A DNA stretch of 64,000 nucleotides from a bacterium (GCA_021788015.1 JAJYLD010000002.1:26739-90738), one strand, 5' to 3'. Positions 9,096 to 19,316 are shown, numbered from the stretch's first letter. A program made the numbers and translations. The notes: generated from the letters alone by a model not told the origin.

Positions 9096-9752
9096 TTATT
9101 TAGAGCTGTCTTCGTTTTCTTCGTTCTTTTTTTCCTTTTCTTCGGCCTCCCGGTCCATGGCTTCTTGCGCCATTTTTATTCCGTTCCTAAGAAGCTTTTT
9201 TAAAACGCCGTTTCCGGAATTGAAATCGGGCGTAAACGTAAAACCTAAAATTTTTCCGTAAGAGACGGCGATAACGGAATCGCCATTAGAGGCAACCGGT
9301 TCGATCGCCCTTCTTGTCTTATGTTTTACAAATCTTCTCCGGCCGTAAAAAAAATCGTAAAAGGCCGGAATTTTTTGCCCTTTGAGGCCGCGCGTCCAGG
9401 GGGACTTGTCGTTTTGGATTTCTATAACCGTGTTTTTTGTTCTCTCCATAAAAAGCTCGGTTATTTCCGTTGCCCCCGCTCCCTCGAACATTCCTATTTT
9501 AATAAGATGCTCGAAGCCGTAGCCGAATGCCAAGACCGGTTTTGCCCTCAAACAGCTGTAAGAAGCCCATTCAAAAATTGGCCAGTTATACTTCGCCTCC
9601 CAAGTATTCGGGAGTATGTAAAGATCATAACTGCCGTTGAAAGAAGGAACTCCTCCTGCTCTCTCTACGGCTTCGCAGATTATAGAAAAGCCGTCATCGA
9701 CAGGGGGTATAAAAACCCTCGGCTTGTCTTTTAGCGCCTCCTCTTTTTCCAT
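9096..9752 (-). CDS. PurQ-like class I glutamine-amidotransferase-fold protein with catalytic Cys apparently replaced (possibly inactive)
   Basis: Layout resembles PurQ (PPVDDG...YDLYILPN...KPVLAFGYGFEHL) but the GxCxGxQ nucleophile position reads GYGFEH; sits between purL and the purM-like gene. Confidence 0.35.
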   Translation of the reverse strand: MEKEEALKDKPRVFIPPVDDGFSIICEAVERAGGVPSFNGSYDLYILPNTWEAKYNWPIFEWASYSCLRAKPVLAFGYGFEHLIKIGMFEGAGATEITELFMERTKNTVIEIQNDKSPWTRGLKGQKIPAFYDFFYGRRRFVKHKTRRAIEPVASNGDSVIAVSYGKILGFTFTPDFNSGNGVLKKLLRNGIKMAQEAMDREAEEKEKKNEENEDSSK

Positions 9753-9854
9753 GCGCTCCCTCCTCTTTTTTTAAAATTTTAACCTAAAAATAAATTTTGT
9801 CAATTCATGAAAATAAAAAACCCGTCCGAAATCAATCGAACGGGTATTGAAAGT

Positions 9855-12800
9855 TTATACTTTTGAAAATTGTTTTGTCTTTTCACACCAGGTCCGCGCG
9901 TTAATGAACATGCGGAGCCAGGGGGAATTGACGTTCTTCCATTCCTTGGGCCAGTACGGCCATTGGCGAGGAAGAACCGTTCTCTCCGGGTGGGGCATGA
10001 GAAAAAGAAACCGCCCCGTCTTGTCGGAAAGTCCGGCTATCCCGAAACGGGAACCGTTCGGATTGCAAGGATACTGCTCGGTGATGGCGCCGTCATCATC
10101 CACGTAGCGAATCGGAGCCAATCCGGAATCAAGTATGCGCTTAAGCGTATTTTCCGGAATCACGAAACGGCCTTCACCGTGCGCAACATGAATGCCGAGA
10201 GTCGATTCCTCCATGTCTTCCAGAAAAATCGAATTCGAGGGAAGAATCCTGACATTCACGAAGCGCGACTCGAATTTTTCGCTTTGATTTCTTACCAAAG
10301 CGGGAGACTCGATTTCAGGCATCCGCCATGGCAGAAATCCGAAAAAGGACATGAGCTGGCAGCCGTTGCAGATGCCGAGAGCGAAAGTGTCGGAACGCGC
10401 AAAGAAGCGTCCGATTTCCCATCTCGCTTTCCGGTTATACCGAATTACGCCGGCCTCTCCTTTTCCCGATCCAAGGACATCCTTAAAAGTGAAACCGCCG
10501 GGGAAAATAATTCCGCGGAACGGGTCGAGTGCGATGCGACCATTAGTCAAGTCCGTCATGGTTATGTCACAAGGAACCATCCCGGCAAGAAAGCAGGCGG
10601 CCTTGGCTTCTTCATGGCTGTTCGAGCCCTCTTCCCGGAGCACGGCAACCTTTACCGCCTTGCTCAAGTTTTTAAAATTCGCTTTGTACGCGTCCGGATC
10701 GAAAGATATCCGGAAAGCCGGGCGGAAACGGTCGTACTCGTTGGTACGCGCCATTTTAATGCACGATTCGACCGTCTGGAATTCCTCCATCCGGTACGAA
10801 GTCTCTCTCCAGATCGCGCGAAGTTTGCGCATATCTTCGTCAAGAACCGTTGCACCATTATGCTTTATCCTGATAACTCTACCCTCGACGACCGAACCGA
10901 CGTCGTAAGCAAAAGCATTCTGGCTTAAAGCGGCGATGATTTCCTCTTTGTGCTCGCGCTTACATTCGAGAACGAACCCTAGCTCTTCGTTATAAAGAGT
11001 CTCGAGGACGCTTGCGCTTTCGTGCTCAAGAGAAACATCGACTCCGCATCCGCTCGCGAACGACATCTGGCAGAGGGCCGCGGCCAAACCGCCGCGCTCT
11101 CTTATTTTTACGGATTCGATTTTGCCCGAAGCGACGAACCGCTGCATCTGATCGAAAACATAGTTAAGACGATTAGGATCATCCATGTCCGGGCATTCGT
11201 CTCCGACTTTCCCCAAAACCTGTGCCAAGGCGCTTCCGCCCATTCTTGTCTTGCCCATTGCGAGGTCGACAAAAACAAGCGAATTGCCGGGCGTTTTTAA
11301 ATCAGGGGTAACGCGCTCTTCAATATTGGGGCAGCCCACGTAAGTCGAAAGAATGAGCGTGCCCAGAGAACGCACTTTTATTTTGCGTCCGTTCGGCAAG
11401 GTAATTTCGACGCCGAGGGATAATGAATCTTTTCCACCGTCGATATCGATGCCGAGAATCTTGAGCGCATCTTTTAATGCAACAACTGCGTCATAAAGCC
11501 AGGCCGTGCCGCCTTTCCATTTTGCCGCGAGCATCCAGTTCGCCGAAGATTTTATGTCTCTGCGGGAAGTGATTTTTACTCCGATGAGCTGAAGCAGCGC
11601 TTCGGCCGCCGTCATTCTGGCCATGGCTTCGGGAGAAATCAGTCCTATTGTCGGCCGCATGCCCATTGAACTCGCTTCGCCTACCCTATCGAGATAACTC
11701 GGAGCGATAATGGCGTAATCGGAAATAGGCAGGCCGAAAGGACCGACCCGTTCCGCTTGCACGACTTTACCTGTCACGCTTGAATCCGCTTTGTTAACGG
11801 CCCACTCTTTGGAAGCGACTCCGAGGAGCCGGAAAGTCAAATTCGCCGCATCAAAAGCGGAAAAACGTTTAGGCAAACGCAAAGGCTTTAAGGGAAGTCT
11901 TACGCGGGTGTCGCTGTACGTCTTCCGGGGATAGTCGCCGAGCACGTCCTTAAGGTTGAGGTCGACCGGAGTCGTTCCGTCTTTTTCATCGATGACAACC
12001 GCCCTGCCGTCGCCGGTTATGACGCCGACGATTTCACAAGGACATTTTTCGCGGTCAGCGATGGACTTGATGATTTCCCATCCCTCTTCCCGGACGAGAA
12101 CGACCATTCCTTCCTGATATTCGGCCACCCAGATTTCCATCGTGGACATAGTCGGATCGCCGACGGGGATCTTGCGCAAATAGATTTTCCCCCCGACAAA
12201 ATCCATAATCTCTTTCAAAATATTTCCGTTGCCGCCCGCTCCCTGATCGCCGATGGATTCGATAGGATTTCGCGAGCCCAATTTGATACAAGCGCGGATG
12301 ACTTCGTCCACCTTGTGAGCCATTTCGCCGTTGGCGCGTTGGACGGAGTTGAAATCGAGGTCTTCCCGATTTTGTCCGGCGGTTACGCTTGACGCGGACC
12401 CGCCACCAACTCCGATACGAAAAGCCTTGCCGCCCAACTTTAGAACCAACATGCCTTTTTTGGGCTTATATTTTTTTATATGCCGTGCGTCGATAAAGCC
12501 CAGCCCGCCCGAAAACATGATCGGCTTGTATGTTTCCAGTCTTTGATCGCCGACTCGGAAGCCAAGACTCTCGAATCGCACTTTAACCAAAGGCTCGCCG
12601 AATTCGTTGCCGTCGTTGAAAGCGCCGTTTGTGCCTTTAATATAGAAACCGAGCGGCTTTTCGTATTTCGGGCTGTAATAGAAATCCTTACGTTCCCAGG
12701 GAAGATCATATCCCGGAATATTGAGATTGCCGCCTAAAAATGCGGCCGTCCCGGCAGCCGGAATACCGCCTCTCCCTACCGCCTCATTGTCGCGTCCTCT

Positions 12801-13781
12801 GCCGTTTCGTCCCGTTGCCGCTCCCTGGTATGCCTGGATGAAACTCGGATGATTGTGGGTTTCGCAAGTGAGAACGAAATGGTAAAGGAGTTTGCGCATC
12901 CGTTCCGGCGAAGGCATGCCCGGCTCATCCGGAATCAATACCGAAACTTTAAATCCACTTATAGCGGAAGCGTTGTCGTAAAAAGAAATGACGGCGTTGT
13001 CCTTGTTCTTCAGAGTGCTCTTGATAAGCCCCATCAATGTAAAGGGCATTTCCTTGCCGTCGATGACGAGCTTGGCGCGGAAAAGATGATGCCGCGAGTG
13101 TTCGGAATTGCAGTTGCCCAGATCAAGGAATTCGGCATCGGTAAGATCCCGTTTCAACGTAGTGGTAATGAGATGATAATAATAACGGATATCGGTATCA
13201 TCCATCCCCGTACCGTATTCCTCGTTCGCGTCGTACAACGCCCGGATGCCTTTTGACATTACGGGAATATAACGCACCGGCTTGGGCTTGCGGTTCGAGA
13301 GAAGCGTTTTTGGTTTGCCGCGGTAAACGCCCTCGGTCATTTTGTCATAAATCAGGGGAGCGATTTCCGCGATTTCTTTTTTGGTAAGTTCGCGATCGCG
13401 GATTATTTTATATCTCTCCCCCCGCTCGACGCGGATCACTTCTTTGATGCCGCAATCCCCGCCGATATCGACGCTTTCTGAAGAATCGGCTGTCTCGAAA
13501 TTACGAAGCGGCCTTACTTCGACCACATTCTTTTTTCCAAGAAAAGAAATTTCGGCCGTTTGTTCCGGAAAATGTTTGTCGCGGACAAACCAGTGAAGCT
13601 TTCTGCGGTCGGATCCGCGAAGACGCTTCGCGGTTTCGATGTAATAAACGGATTCCGTTTCAAGACCTTTTGTACCTTTGACCGTCTCGGCCAAAACCCC
13701 GCTTAATGCCTGTCTTTTTTCATCAGACAAATACGGGGTTTTATAGAGACAGTAAAGATAACGTTTCTTCGCTGCGGCCAT
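9855..13781 (-). CDS. purL: Phosphoribosylformylglycinamidine synthase, large single-chain PurL with C-terminal glutaminase domain
   Basis: 1308 aa; C-terminal GATase motif LGICNGCQLM; PurM-like repeats throughout. Confidence 0.9.
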   Translation of the reverse strand: MAAAKKRYLYCLYKTPYLSDEKRQALSGVLAETVKGTKGLETESVYYIETAKRLRGSDRRKLHWFVRDKHFPEQTAEISFLGKKNVVEVRPLRNFETADSSESVDIGGDCGIKEVIRVERGERYKIIRDRELTKKEIAEIAPLIYDKMTEGVYRGKPKTLLSNRKPKPVRYIPVMSKGIRALYDANEEYGTGMDDTDIRYYYHLITTTLKRDLTDAEFLDLGNCNSEHSRHHLFRAKLVIDGKEMPFTLMGLIKSTLKNKDNAVISFYDNASAISGFKVSVLIPDEPGMPSPERMRKLLYHFVLTCETHNHPSFIQAYQGAATGRNGRGRDNEAVGRGGIPAAGTAAFLGGNLNIPGYDLPWERKDFYYSPKYEKPLGFYIKGTNGAFNDGNEFGEPLVKVRFESLGFRVGDQRLETYKPIMFSGGLGFIDARHIKKYKPKKGMLVLKLGGKAFRIGVGGGSASSVTAGQNREDLDFNSVQRANGEMAHKVDEVIRACIKLGSRNPIESIGDQGAGGNGNILKEIMDFVGGKIYLRKIPVGDPTMSTMEIWVAEYQEGMVVLVREEGWEIIKSIADREKCPCEIVGVITGDGRAVVIDEKDGTTPVDLNLKDVLGDYPRKTYSDTRVRLPLKPLRLPKRFSAFDAANLTFRLLGVASKEWAVNKADSSVTGKVVQAERVGPFGLPISDYAIIAPSYLDRVGEASSMGMRPTIGLISPEAMARMTAAEALLQLIGVKITSRRDIKSSANWMLAAKWKGGTAWLYDAVVALKDALKILGIDIDGGKDSLSLGVEITLPNGRKIKVRSLGTLILSTYVGCPNIEERVTPDLKTPGNSLVFVDLAMGKTRMGGSALAQVLGKVGDECPDMDDPNRLNYVFDQMQRFVASGKIESVKIRERGGLAAALCQMSFASGCGVDVSLEHESASVLETLYNEELGFVLECKREHKEEIIAALSQNAFAYDVGSVVEGRVIRIKHNGATVLDEDMRKLRAIWRETSYRMEEFQTVESCIKMARTNEYDRFRPAFRISFDPDAYKANFKNLSKAVKVAVLREEGSNSHEEAKAACFLAGMVPCDITMTDLTNGRIALDPFRGIIFPGGFTFKDVLGSGKGEAGVIRYNRKARWEIGRFFARSDTFALGICNGCQLMSFFGFLPWRMPEIESPALVRNQSEKFESRFVNVRILPSNSIFLEDMEESTLGIHVAHGEGRFVIPENTLKRILDSGLAPIRYVDDDGAITEQYPCNPNGSRFGIAGLSDKTGRFLFLMPHPERTVLPRQWPYWPKEWKNVNSPWLRMFINARTWCEKTKQFSKV

Positions 13782-14462
13782 CTACGCACCTCCTCCGAAA
13801 AATTTTCTTTTATCGAAATCATCCATGTAAAAAACCTTGCCTTCATGCAGATAGATCTGCCGGTGCACAACCAGGTTAAGGATGTCACTTTGGACGGCAT
13901 GCTCATACGCGTTCACGCGCGCTTTCATAGTTTCAAGCGTATCCGATAAACGGATAGGTACATCTTTTTGTGTGATGATCTGCCCGGTGTCGTAGCCCGA
14001 CAGATCGAACGATGGCACGAAGTGCATTGTCACGGTGCTGTGCGTGATCCCGCCATCTTGGTAAGCGTCCCACACTTTTTTATGTATCTGATCACCGTGC
14101 AGACTTCTCGTGAAAGGCAGGGGGCCGCAATGAATGTTAACTGTCCTCTCCGTCTTGTTGCCGCGAATCGGCCTAAGCCAACCTGACAACATGATGAAAT
14201 CATGCGGATACTTTTCGAAAATGGCTTGGTAGGCTTCTGCCGTATACGGTCCCGGCATGTACACAAATGGGATCCCGTATTTATCGGCCAGAGTTTTAAC
14301 TCCTCCTGCGGGATAGTTCGATACTACGGCCGCAATCTCGGCATCAAGTCTGCCTAGACGGATGTTCAAAATCATCATCTCGCAACCCGAACCGCCTTTT
14401 CCCGGTTCTTTTTTACCACCCGCAAAAACCAAAATCTTCGACTTTTCTTTTTCTCCGTACAT
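13782..14462 (-). CDS. purN: Phosphoribosylglycinamide formyltransferase
   Basis: NIHCGPLP motif (PurN NIHPSLLP-like); formyltransferase fold; adjacent to purL. Confidence 0.7.
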   Translation of the reverse strand: MYGEKEKSKILVFAGGKKEPGKGGSGCEMMILNIRLGRLDAEIAAVVSNYPAGGVKTLADKYGIPFVYMPGPYTAEAYQAIFEKYPHDFIMLSGWLRPIRGNKTERTVNIHCGPLPFTRSLHGDQIHKKVWDAYQDGGITHSTVTMHFVPSFDLSGYDTGQIITQKDVPIRLSDTLETMKARVNAYEHAVQSDILNLVVHRQIYLHEGKVFYMDDFDKRKFFGGGA

Positions 14463-14682
14463 TTTCTTTCTTCTCCTTTTTCACTTTCATTATCCCAAAC
14501 TTCTTAACCTTATCCCTGTATGTTTAATTTTTATTTCAAAGAGCAAACAAAAAGACCAACCTCCTTTTCCTCCATGGGTCAGTCTTTGAATTATTCTTAA
14601 ATTACAATTTTATTCCCAAAAAGTCAAACGCACACAATGTACATATATTAAAATTAAAAAAATTCCAGTTTTAAAAGCACCA

Positions 14683-14876
14683 ATGGGTTTTGGGGCGGAA
14701 TTGCCCGTCTCGCCTTAAGCTCGCCGAGGCGGAAGCGTCAGAGTGAGAGACGAAAATTCCAATCAACGTGATAGCGAATGGGAGCCCCCAAAATTTCCCC
14801 GCCCGCATCGCTACGCGAAGCATTGTGGGCAGGTTGCCTACTTTTTGGTTACAAAAAAGGGCCTAACGCAGCGTTA
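14683..14876. repeat. REP/MITE-like ~190-bp intergenic element, copy 1 (full length); terminal hairpin CCTACTTTTTGGTTACAAAAAAGGG abuts the recQ stop
   Basis: Shares GGGGCGGAATTG...GTGATAGCGAATGGGAGCCCCCAAAATTTCCCCGCCCGCATCGCTACGCGAAGCATTG...TTGGTTACAAAAA..GCGCAGCG with copies at 21528, 24168, 25016, 31043. Confidence 0.7.
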
Positions 14877-17018
14877 TTTCATACTCGCCATCACCAACCT
14901 GATTTCATCCCAACCATAATTATCCCCCAATTCCTTTTTCACCGGCGCCAACCTTCCGATGCCGATTTGTTTGATCGCCCCCCTGATCGCTTTTTCTTTC
15001 TTTGAATCAACGAATTTATTTACATCAACGGCCATTCCTTTTTCTATAAGCCAACATAAATGCTCGACGACTGTGCCCGGTTTCAAATTTCTTATTTGCG
15101 CCATCTCGTCAATCGACATGCCTCTGTTATACAATTCGAAAGTTTCAAGTTGAGTCAGCTTAGTCGCCAATCCGGCTTTTCCGGAAAGATCTTCTTCAAA
15201 TGCGATTACCGGTCTTGCCTCAAAATTATGTCCATGAAATTTTTTTGTATTAGCCGGCATAAATCCACGTCCGGAATTTGCATTTTGGTTCAGTGTGGGC
15301 CCGCGTTCCGGTCCGCGACTGTCCGCGTTGTTGTTGAGGCAGTTATCGCATCTTCCGCATCGTTCAAAATTTTTGTCTCCGAAGTAATCCAAAATAAACG
15401 CTTGGCGGCAGCCGAAATGATAAATATATTCCTCCATATTGTCGAGTTTGCGATAAGCGTTTTTCATTTTTTCTTTGAGCGCGCTAAAATCGATATTAAC
15501 GTCTTTTGCGTCCACCCTTTTTAAAATTCTTATCTCCGTGCCCTTGAACGGCGGCTCGTAATCAATCAAACCGTTTTCGGATAATTTGCGAACAAGGCGC
15601 ATTATGCTTTCTTTTTTTAATTTTAAAATTTCCGCAACCTCGTCAAAATTTCCGCTCCATCCTTTTTCGAGTTCATTGCCGAAGCGATCGAATAACTTCA
15701 CCAAAATTTCTCTTTGGCTTTTGGCGCGGCCCGAAAGCGAATTCAAAATCGAAGCGAAATCTTTTTTTATTTTTACAAAAGCGTTGCCGGTTTTTTCGTG
15801 CGAGCGGGAAATGAATCCTTCTCTTTCCAAAATTTTCAGACTGGTGCCGATCGCCATTTCCGGAACCTGATCGGAAAGCATATCCGCAAGTTCAGCATAC
15901 GTCAAAAGCACGGTATCCGATTCGTAATTTTTTAAAGTTTCATAGATTTCCAAAATTATTTCCGGCGGCGGATTGTCGCCCTTGATAAAAAATTCCTGGA
16001 GATGACGATCGCGGGAATTGTAAAACATGAGACAAAAACTCGGTCTGCCGTCGCGGCCGGCCCGTCCCGCTTCCTGGTAATAGGCTTCAACCGTTCCCGG
16101 CATGTCGTAATGGATGACGAAGCGAATATCTTTTTTATTGATGCCCAATCCGAACGCGTTTGTCGCTATGATCACCTTCACTTTTCCAGTCATGAAATTT
16201 TCCTGGATCCATTTGCGCTCTTCCGGATCCATGCCGGCGTGGTAACTGACTGCCTCAATATTGTTTTCAAGCAAATGATTCAAAAGGGAATCGGCGCGCG
16301 CGCGCGTGCCGACATAGACGATGCCCGTGCCTTGGGGCATGCTTACTATCGCTTCGAGCGCGAGTCGCGGTTTTTGCGAGTCGGCGGCGTGAATGACGCC
16401 GAACTGCAAATTCGGCCGAGCGAAACCGGTAACGACAATTTCGGGATCATTAAGCCCGAGCTGTTTCGCAATATCTTTTTTCACTTCCGGAGTGGCGGTC
16501 GCGGTCAGAGCCAAAACGATCGGATTGCCCAAAAACGAAATCGCATTTTTCAACTTTACGTAGCTCGGCCGAAAATCGTGCCCCCATTGGCTTATGCAAT
16601 GCGCTTCGTCAATCGCGAACAGGCTTACTTTTATATCTTGAAGCGCACGCGCGAATTCGGCGCTATAAAATCTTTCCGGCGCGATGTAAAGCAGCTTGTA
16701 GACGCCGTTTTTCACGTCTTCGATACGTTTCATCGTTTCCGCCTGATTGATTGAAGAATTTATAAACGTCGCCGAAATGCCGATTTTTGTAAGCGAATCG
16801 ACCTGATCTTTCATAAGCGAAATCAAGGGCGAAATCACGATCGTAATTCCGTCCAAAACCAAAGCCGGCAATTGGTAACAAAGCGATTTGCCCCCGCCCG
16901 TCGGCATGATAACAATGGTCGATTTCCCCTGAAGGACATTGTCGATCACTTTTTCCTGGCCGGGACGAAACGAATCATAACCGAAATGTATTTTTAATAA
17001 TTCTAAAATTTGTTGCAT
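14874..17018 (-). CDS. recQ: RecQ-family ATP-dependent DNA helicase with extended C-terminal region
   Basis: DEAHCISQWGHDFRP, zinc-binding CGRCDNC, helicase motifs I-VI. Confidence 0.9.
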   Translation of the reverse strand: MQQILELLKIHFGYDSFRPGQEKVIDNVLQGKSTIVIMPTGGGKSLCYQLPALVLDGITIVISPLISLMKDQVDSLTKIGISATFINSSINQAETMKRIEDVKNGVYKLLYIAPERFYSAEFARALQDIKVSLFAIDEAHCISQWGHDFRPSYVKLKNAISFLGNPIVLALTATATPEVKKDIAKQLGLNDPEIVVTGFARPNLQFGVIHAADSQKPRLALEAIVSMPQGTGIVYVGTRARADSLLNHLLENNIEAVSYHAGMDPEERKWIQENFMTGKVKVIIATNAFGLGINKKDIRFVIHYDMPGTVEAYYQEAGRAGRDGRPSFCLMFYNSRDRHLQEFFIKGDNPPPEIILEIYETLKNYESDTVLLTYAELADMLSDQVPEMAIGTSLKILEREGFISRSHEKTGNAFVKIKKDFASILNSLSGRAKSQREILVKLFDRFGNELEKGWSGNFDEVAEILKLKKESIMRLVRKLSENGLIDYEPPFKGTEIRILKRVDAKDVNIDFSALKEKMKNAYRKLDNMEEYIYHFGCRQAFILDYFGDKNFERCGRCDNCLNNNADSRGPERGPTLNQNANSGRGFMPANTKKFHGHNFEARPVIAFEEDLSGKAGLATKLTQLETFELYNRGMSIDEMAQIRNLKPGTVVEHLCWLIEKGMAVDVNKFVDSKKEKAIRGAIKQIGIGRLAPVKKELGDNYGWDEIRLVMASMK

Positions 17019-17096
17019 GTATGTTTGACAGAAAATTTTTCAAACGCTAAATTAAGATTATCAGACGCGACCTATTCAGTCAAAAGGAGGGCATAC

Positions 17097-17375
17097 ATGG
17101 TTCATTTAACAAATCCTTTTAATTTGAATTTTGAAGAATTCCAAAATTTGAATTGGGAAGGCCTGCTCATACTTTATGTAAAGGCAAGCGGGATGACCAA
17201 TGACCTGGAAATCAAAATCTTTGTGAAACATCCTTCCTGGGATTGGATTTTGATGGCGTTCAGTCCCGGAAACGTAATCGCCGCCGGGCCAAAAGAACAC
17301 AAGCCCACAGACAAAGAGATTTATGATGTAGCGAAAAAAATCGATGCCGCTGTGTTCTTATGCGTTCGAGAATAA
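17097..17375 (+). CDS. Small protein carrying one copy of a novel ~65-aa repeat domain (HPxxxWIIIAxxPGNVIAAGPKEH)
   Basis: Strong SD AAAAGGAGGG 6 nt upstream of ATG at 17097; domain repeated twice more in the next ORF. Confidence 0.6.
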   Translation: MVHLTNPFNLNFEEFQNLNWEGLLILYVKASGMTNDLEIKIFVKHPSWDWILMAFSPGNVIAAGPKEHKPTDKEIYDVAKKIDAAVFLCVRE

Positions 17376-17407
17376 ATACAAACCTGCTCAGAGGAGGATA
17401 ATGACTC

Positions 17408-17974
17408 ATGAATCTTTTTACTTCAAGCCTCGATATCTTGCGAAGCATGGACGAAAGACTGGTTAAAGAAATGCACGACCGGGCCGTAGAAAAAAGCGGC
17501 GAGTTCGTGGATAAATATTTTATAAAGCATCCGCGGACCCACTGGATTATCATCGCGCATAATCCCGGCAACGTGATTGCCGCCGGGCCAAAAGAACATG
17601 AACCCTTCGAAGACGAGCTGGAACTGCTGGCCGCGCAGTTCAATGTTCCCGTTTTTCTTTATTCCCGGACGGACCCGTTCGCCTTAACATTCGCAGATTT
17701 AAAAAAGATGGATGAGGACGAAATTGACGATGTCTTTAGACAGGGTTCGGCAATAAACCGGGAATTCGCGGATGAATATTTCAAAGAGCATCCGCAAATC
17801 GGCTGGATTATAATCGCGCATAAGCCGGAGAATATAATCGCCGCTGGTCCGCTAGAGCATGCGCCCTATTCCAGCGATCTCGATGTCTTGGCGGAACAAT
17901 TGGGTGTCATCGTTTTTGCCTACTCCAGACCTTTTCATTATGACGAGTTAACTGAGGAAATCATTTTTTCTTAA
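17408..17974 (+). CDS. Protein with two tandem copies of the same ~65-aa repeat domain
   Basis: SD GAGGAGGA upstream; repeats KHPRTHWIIIAHNPGNVIAAGPKEHEP and EHPQIGWIIIAHKPENIIAAGPLEHAP each followed by VF.YSRxxPF. Confidence 0.65.
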   Translation: MNLFTSSLDILRSMDERLVKEMHDRAVEKSGEFVDKYFIKHPRTHWIIIAHNPGNVIAAGPKEHEPFEDELELLAAQFNVPVFLYSRTDPFALTFADLKKMDEDEIDDVFRQGSAINREFADEYFKEHPQIGWIIIAHKPENIIAAGPLEHAPYSSDLDVLAEQLGVIVFAYSRPFHYDELTEEIIFS

Positions 17975-17988
17975 ATTGTTCATCTCTA

Positions 17989-18017
17989 TAAAGCTGTTTT
18001 AAGCAGCTTTTTTTATT
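17989..18017 (+). terminator. Rho-independent terminator (AAAGCUGuuuuaAGCAGCUUUUUUUAUUU)
   Basis: Perfect 7-bp stem plus U-run directly after 17974. Confidence 0.65.
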
Positions 18018-18169
18018 TGACTTCATTTCAAATATAATTTAAGGTAAGGGCAAGAACGGAGGAGCTTTTAAATTTTTGCAGCCAAAATTTTCAGATTGCA
18101 GTAAGAATGGTATTTGGCGACAGACTCAAAAGGAGGGCCTCGCCCTTTAAAATTGAAGGAGGAAATGAC

Positions 18170-19282
18170 ATGAAAATTGTTCGGAACAAGGCGAAAGAAA
18201 TCATCATGATCATTCTTTTGCGCTTTTTTTGCGCTCATGTTCATCTCAGAGAAGACGACGAAGAGGATTTGCTCATGACCGATGTTGTTCACTTCAGCGA
18301 TCCTTACGAATACGTTACGGCCATGGGCAATACGAAAAATCCGATTTCAACCGGACCGGAAGCGATCGCGTATAAAAAGAAAAAAATAGAAAAGCACAAA
18401 CCGGGATTCAAGGCGATCCCCACGATCATGCTCACGAACAGCACCACTGTCGAGACAATCAGGAAGGCTCACCGCCTCGGTATTAAGGTCGTAAAGTACA
18501 TGCCCGCGGGAACAACGACGAATACGGAAAAGGGCTATATTCCGCTTTACGATCTTATCCGAACCAAGGGCGATGTGCTTCGCGAAATGCAAAAACGGAA
18601 AATGATCCTCTCGACCCACATGGAACTGGTCAGATTCCCGGGCGCGACAGAGGATATACATTATCTCTATCGGGAAGAGGAAGCAATTCCGTATCTCGAA
18701 GCTCTGATCAAGGTATTTCCGAAGCTAAAGATTATCGTCGAGCATGCCTCGACGAAAAAAATGATTGAGTTCGTCAAGGCCGCTCCGGCTCATGTCTTTG
18801 CCACTCTCACTTTGCAGCATGCCCTCTTCCATAAAGGCTATGTCTTCGACAAAAATCTTAAGGTAAAAGACCCACTTTATCTTTGTCTGCCTTGCCTTAA
18901 GGAAATCGAAGACACGCTCGCCGTGAGAGAAGCGATGGTTTCGGGCAATCCGAAATTCTTCTTCGGAACCGATGACGCGCCGCATCGCCTTTATAAAAAA
19001 ATGGGACCGAAGCCGCCATCCGGCATATCGACGCCTGGCATCGTCGCGATAGCCCTACTTTGCAAAATTTTTGAGGAGGCGAACGCGCTTAAACGTCTTG
19101 AAAATTTTGCAGCCAGATTCGGCGCAAAGGCTTACGGTCTCTCGCTCAAAGGCTGGAAAAAAATGAAAGTCGCGAAAGAGCCCTGGACCGTTGCCGAAAG
19201 TTATAACGACATCGTTCCGCTTATGTCTGGTGAAACGTTAGACTGGCAACTCGTAGGCGAAGTTTTCGACCTGACACATTAA
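18170..19282 (+). CDS. pyrC: Class II (E. coli PyrC-like) dihydroorotase-family amidohydrolase
   Basis: Motifs align with E. coli PyrC: HVHLRED (HLHLRDG), KYMPAGTTTN (KLYPANATTN, carboxylated Lys), LKIIVEHASTK, TLQHALF, LYLCLPCLK, FFGTDDAPH (FLGTDSAPH), GETLDW; SD GGAGGA before ATG at 18170. Confidence 0.75.
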   Translation: MKIVRNKAKEIIMIILLRFFCAHVHLREDDEEDLLMTDVVHFSDPYEYVTAMGNTKNPISTGPEAIAYKKKKIEKHKPGFKAIPTIMLTNSTTVETIRKAHRLGIKVVKYMPAGTTTNTEKGYIPLYDLIRTKGDVLREMQKRKMILSTHMELVRFPGATEDIHYLYREEEAIPYLEALIKVFPKLKIIVEHASTKKMIEFVKAAPAHVFATLTLQHALFHKGYVFDKNLKVKDPLYLCLPCLKEIEDTLAVREAMVSGNPKFFFGTDDAPHRLYKKMGPKPPSGISTPGIVAIALLCKIFEEANALKRLENFAARFGAKAYGLSLKGWKKMKVAKEPWTVAESYNDIVPLMSGETLDWQLVGEVFDLTH

Positions 19283-19287
19283 CATAA

Positions 19288-19316
19288 CCCGCTCGCATGA
19301 GCGGGCTTTTTATTTT
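19288..19316 (+). terminator. Rho-independent terminator after the pyrC-like gene (CCCGCUCGCAUGAGCGGG plus U-run)
   Basis: Perfect 7-bp GC stem plus CTTTTTATTTT. Confidence 0.7.

Noticed and set aside
9870-10928. 352-aa and 185-aa ORFs antisense within purL
   Set aside because: purL is unambiguous on the minus strand; the antisense products are Arg/Ser-rich low-complexity translations.
16002-16754. 250-aa ORF antisense to recQ
   Set aside because: It lies fully inside, and opposite to, a gene with unambiguous RecQ motifs. It has no SD and its composition is that of an antisense frame, a typical shadow ORF.
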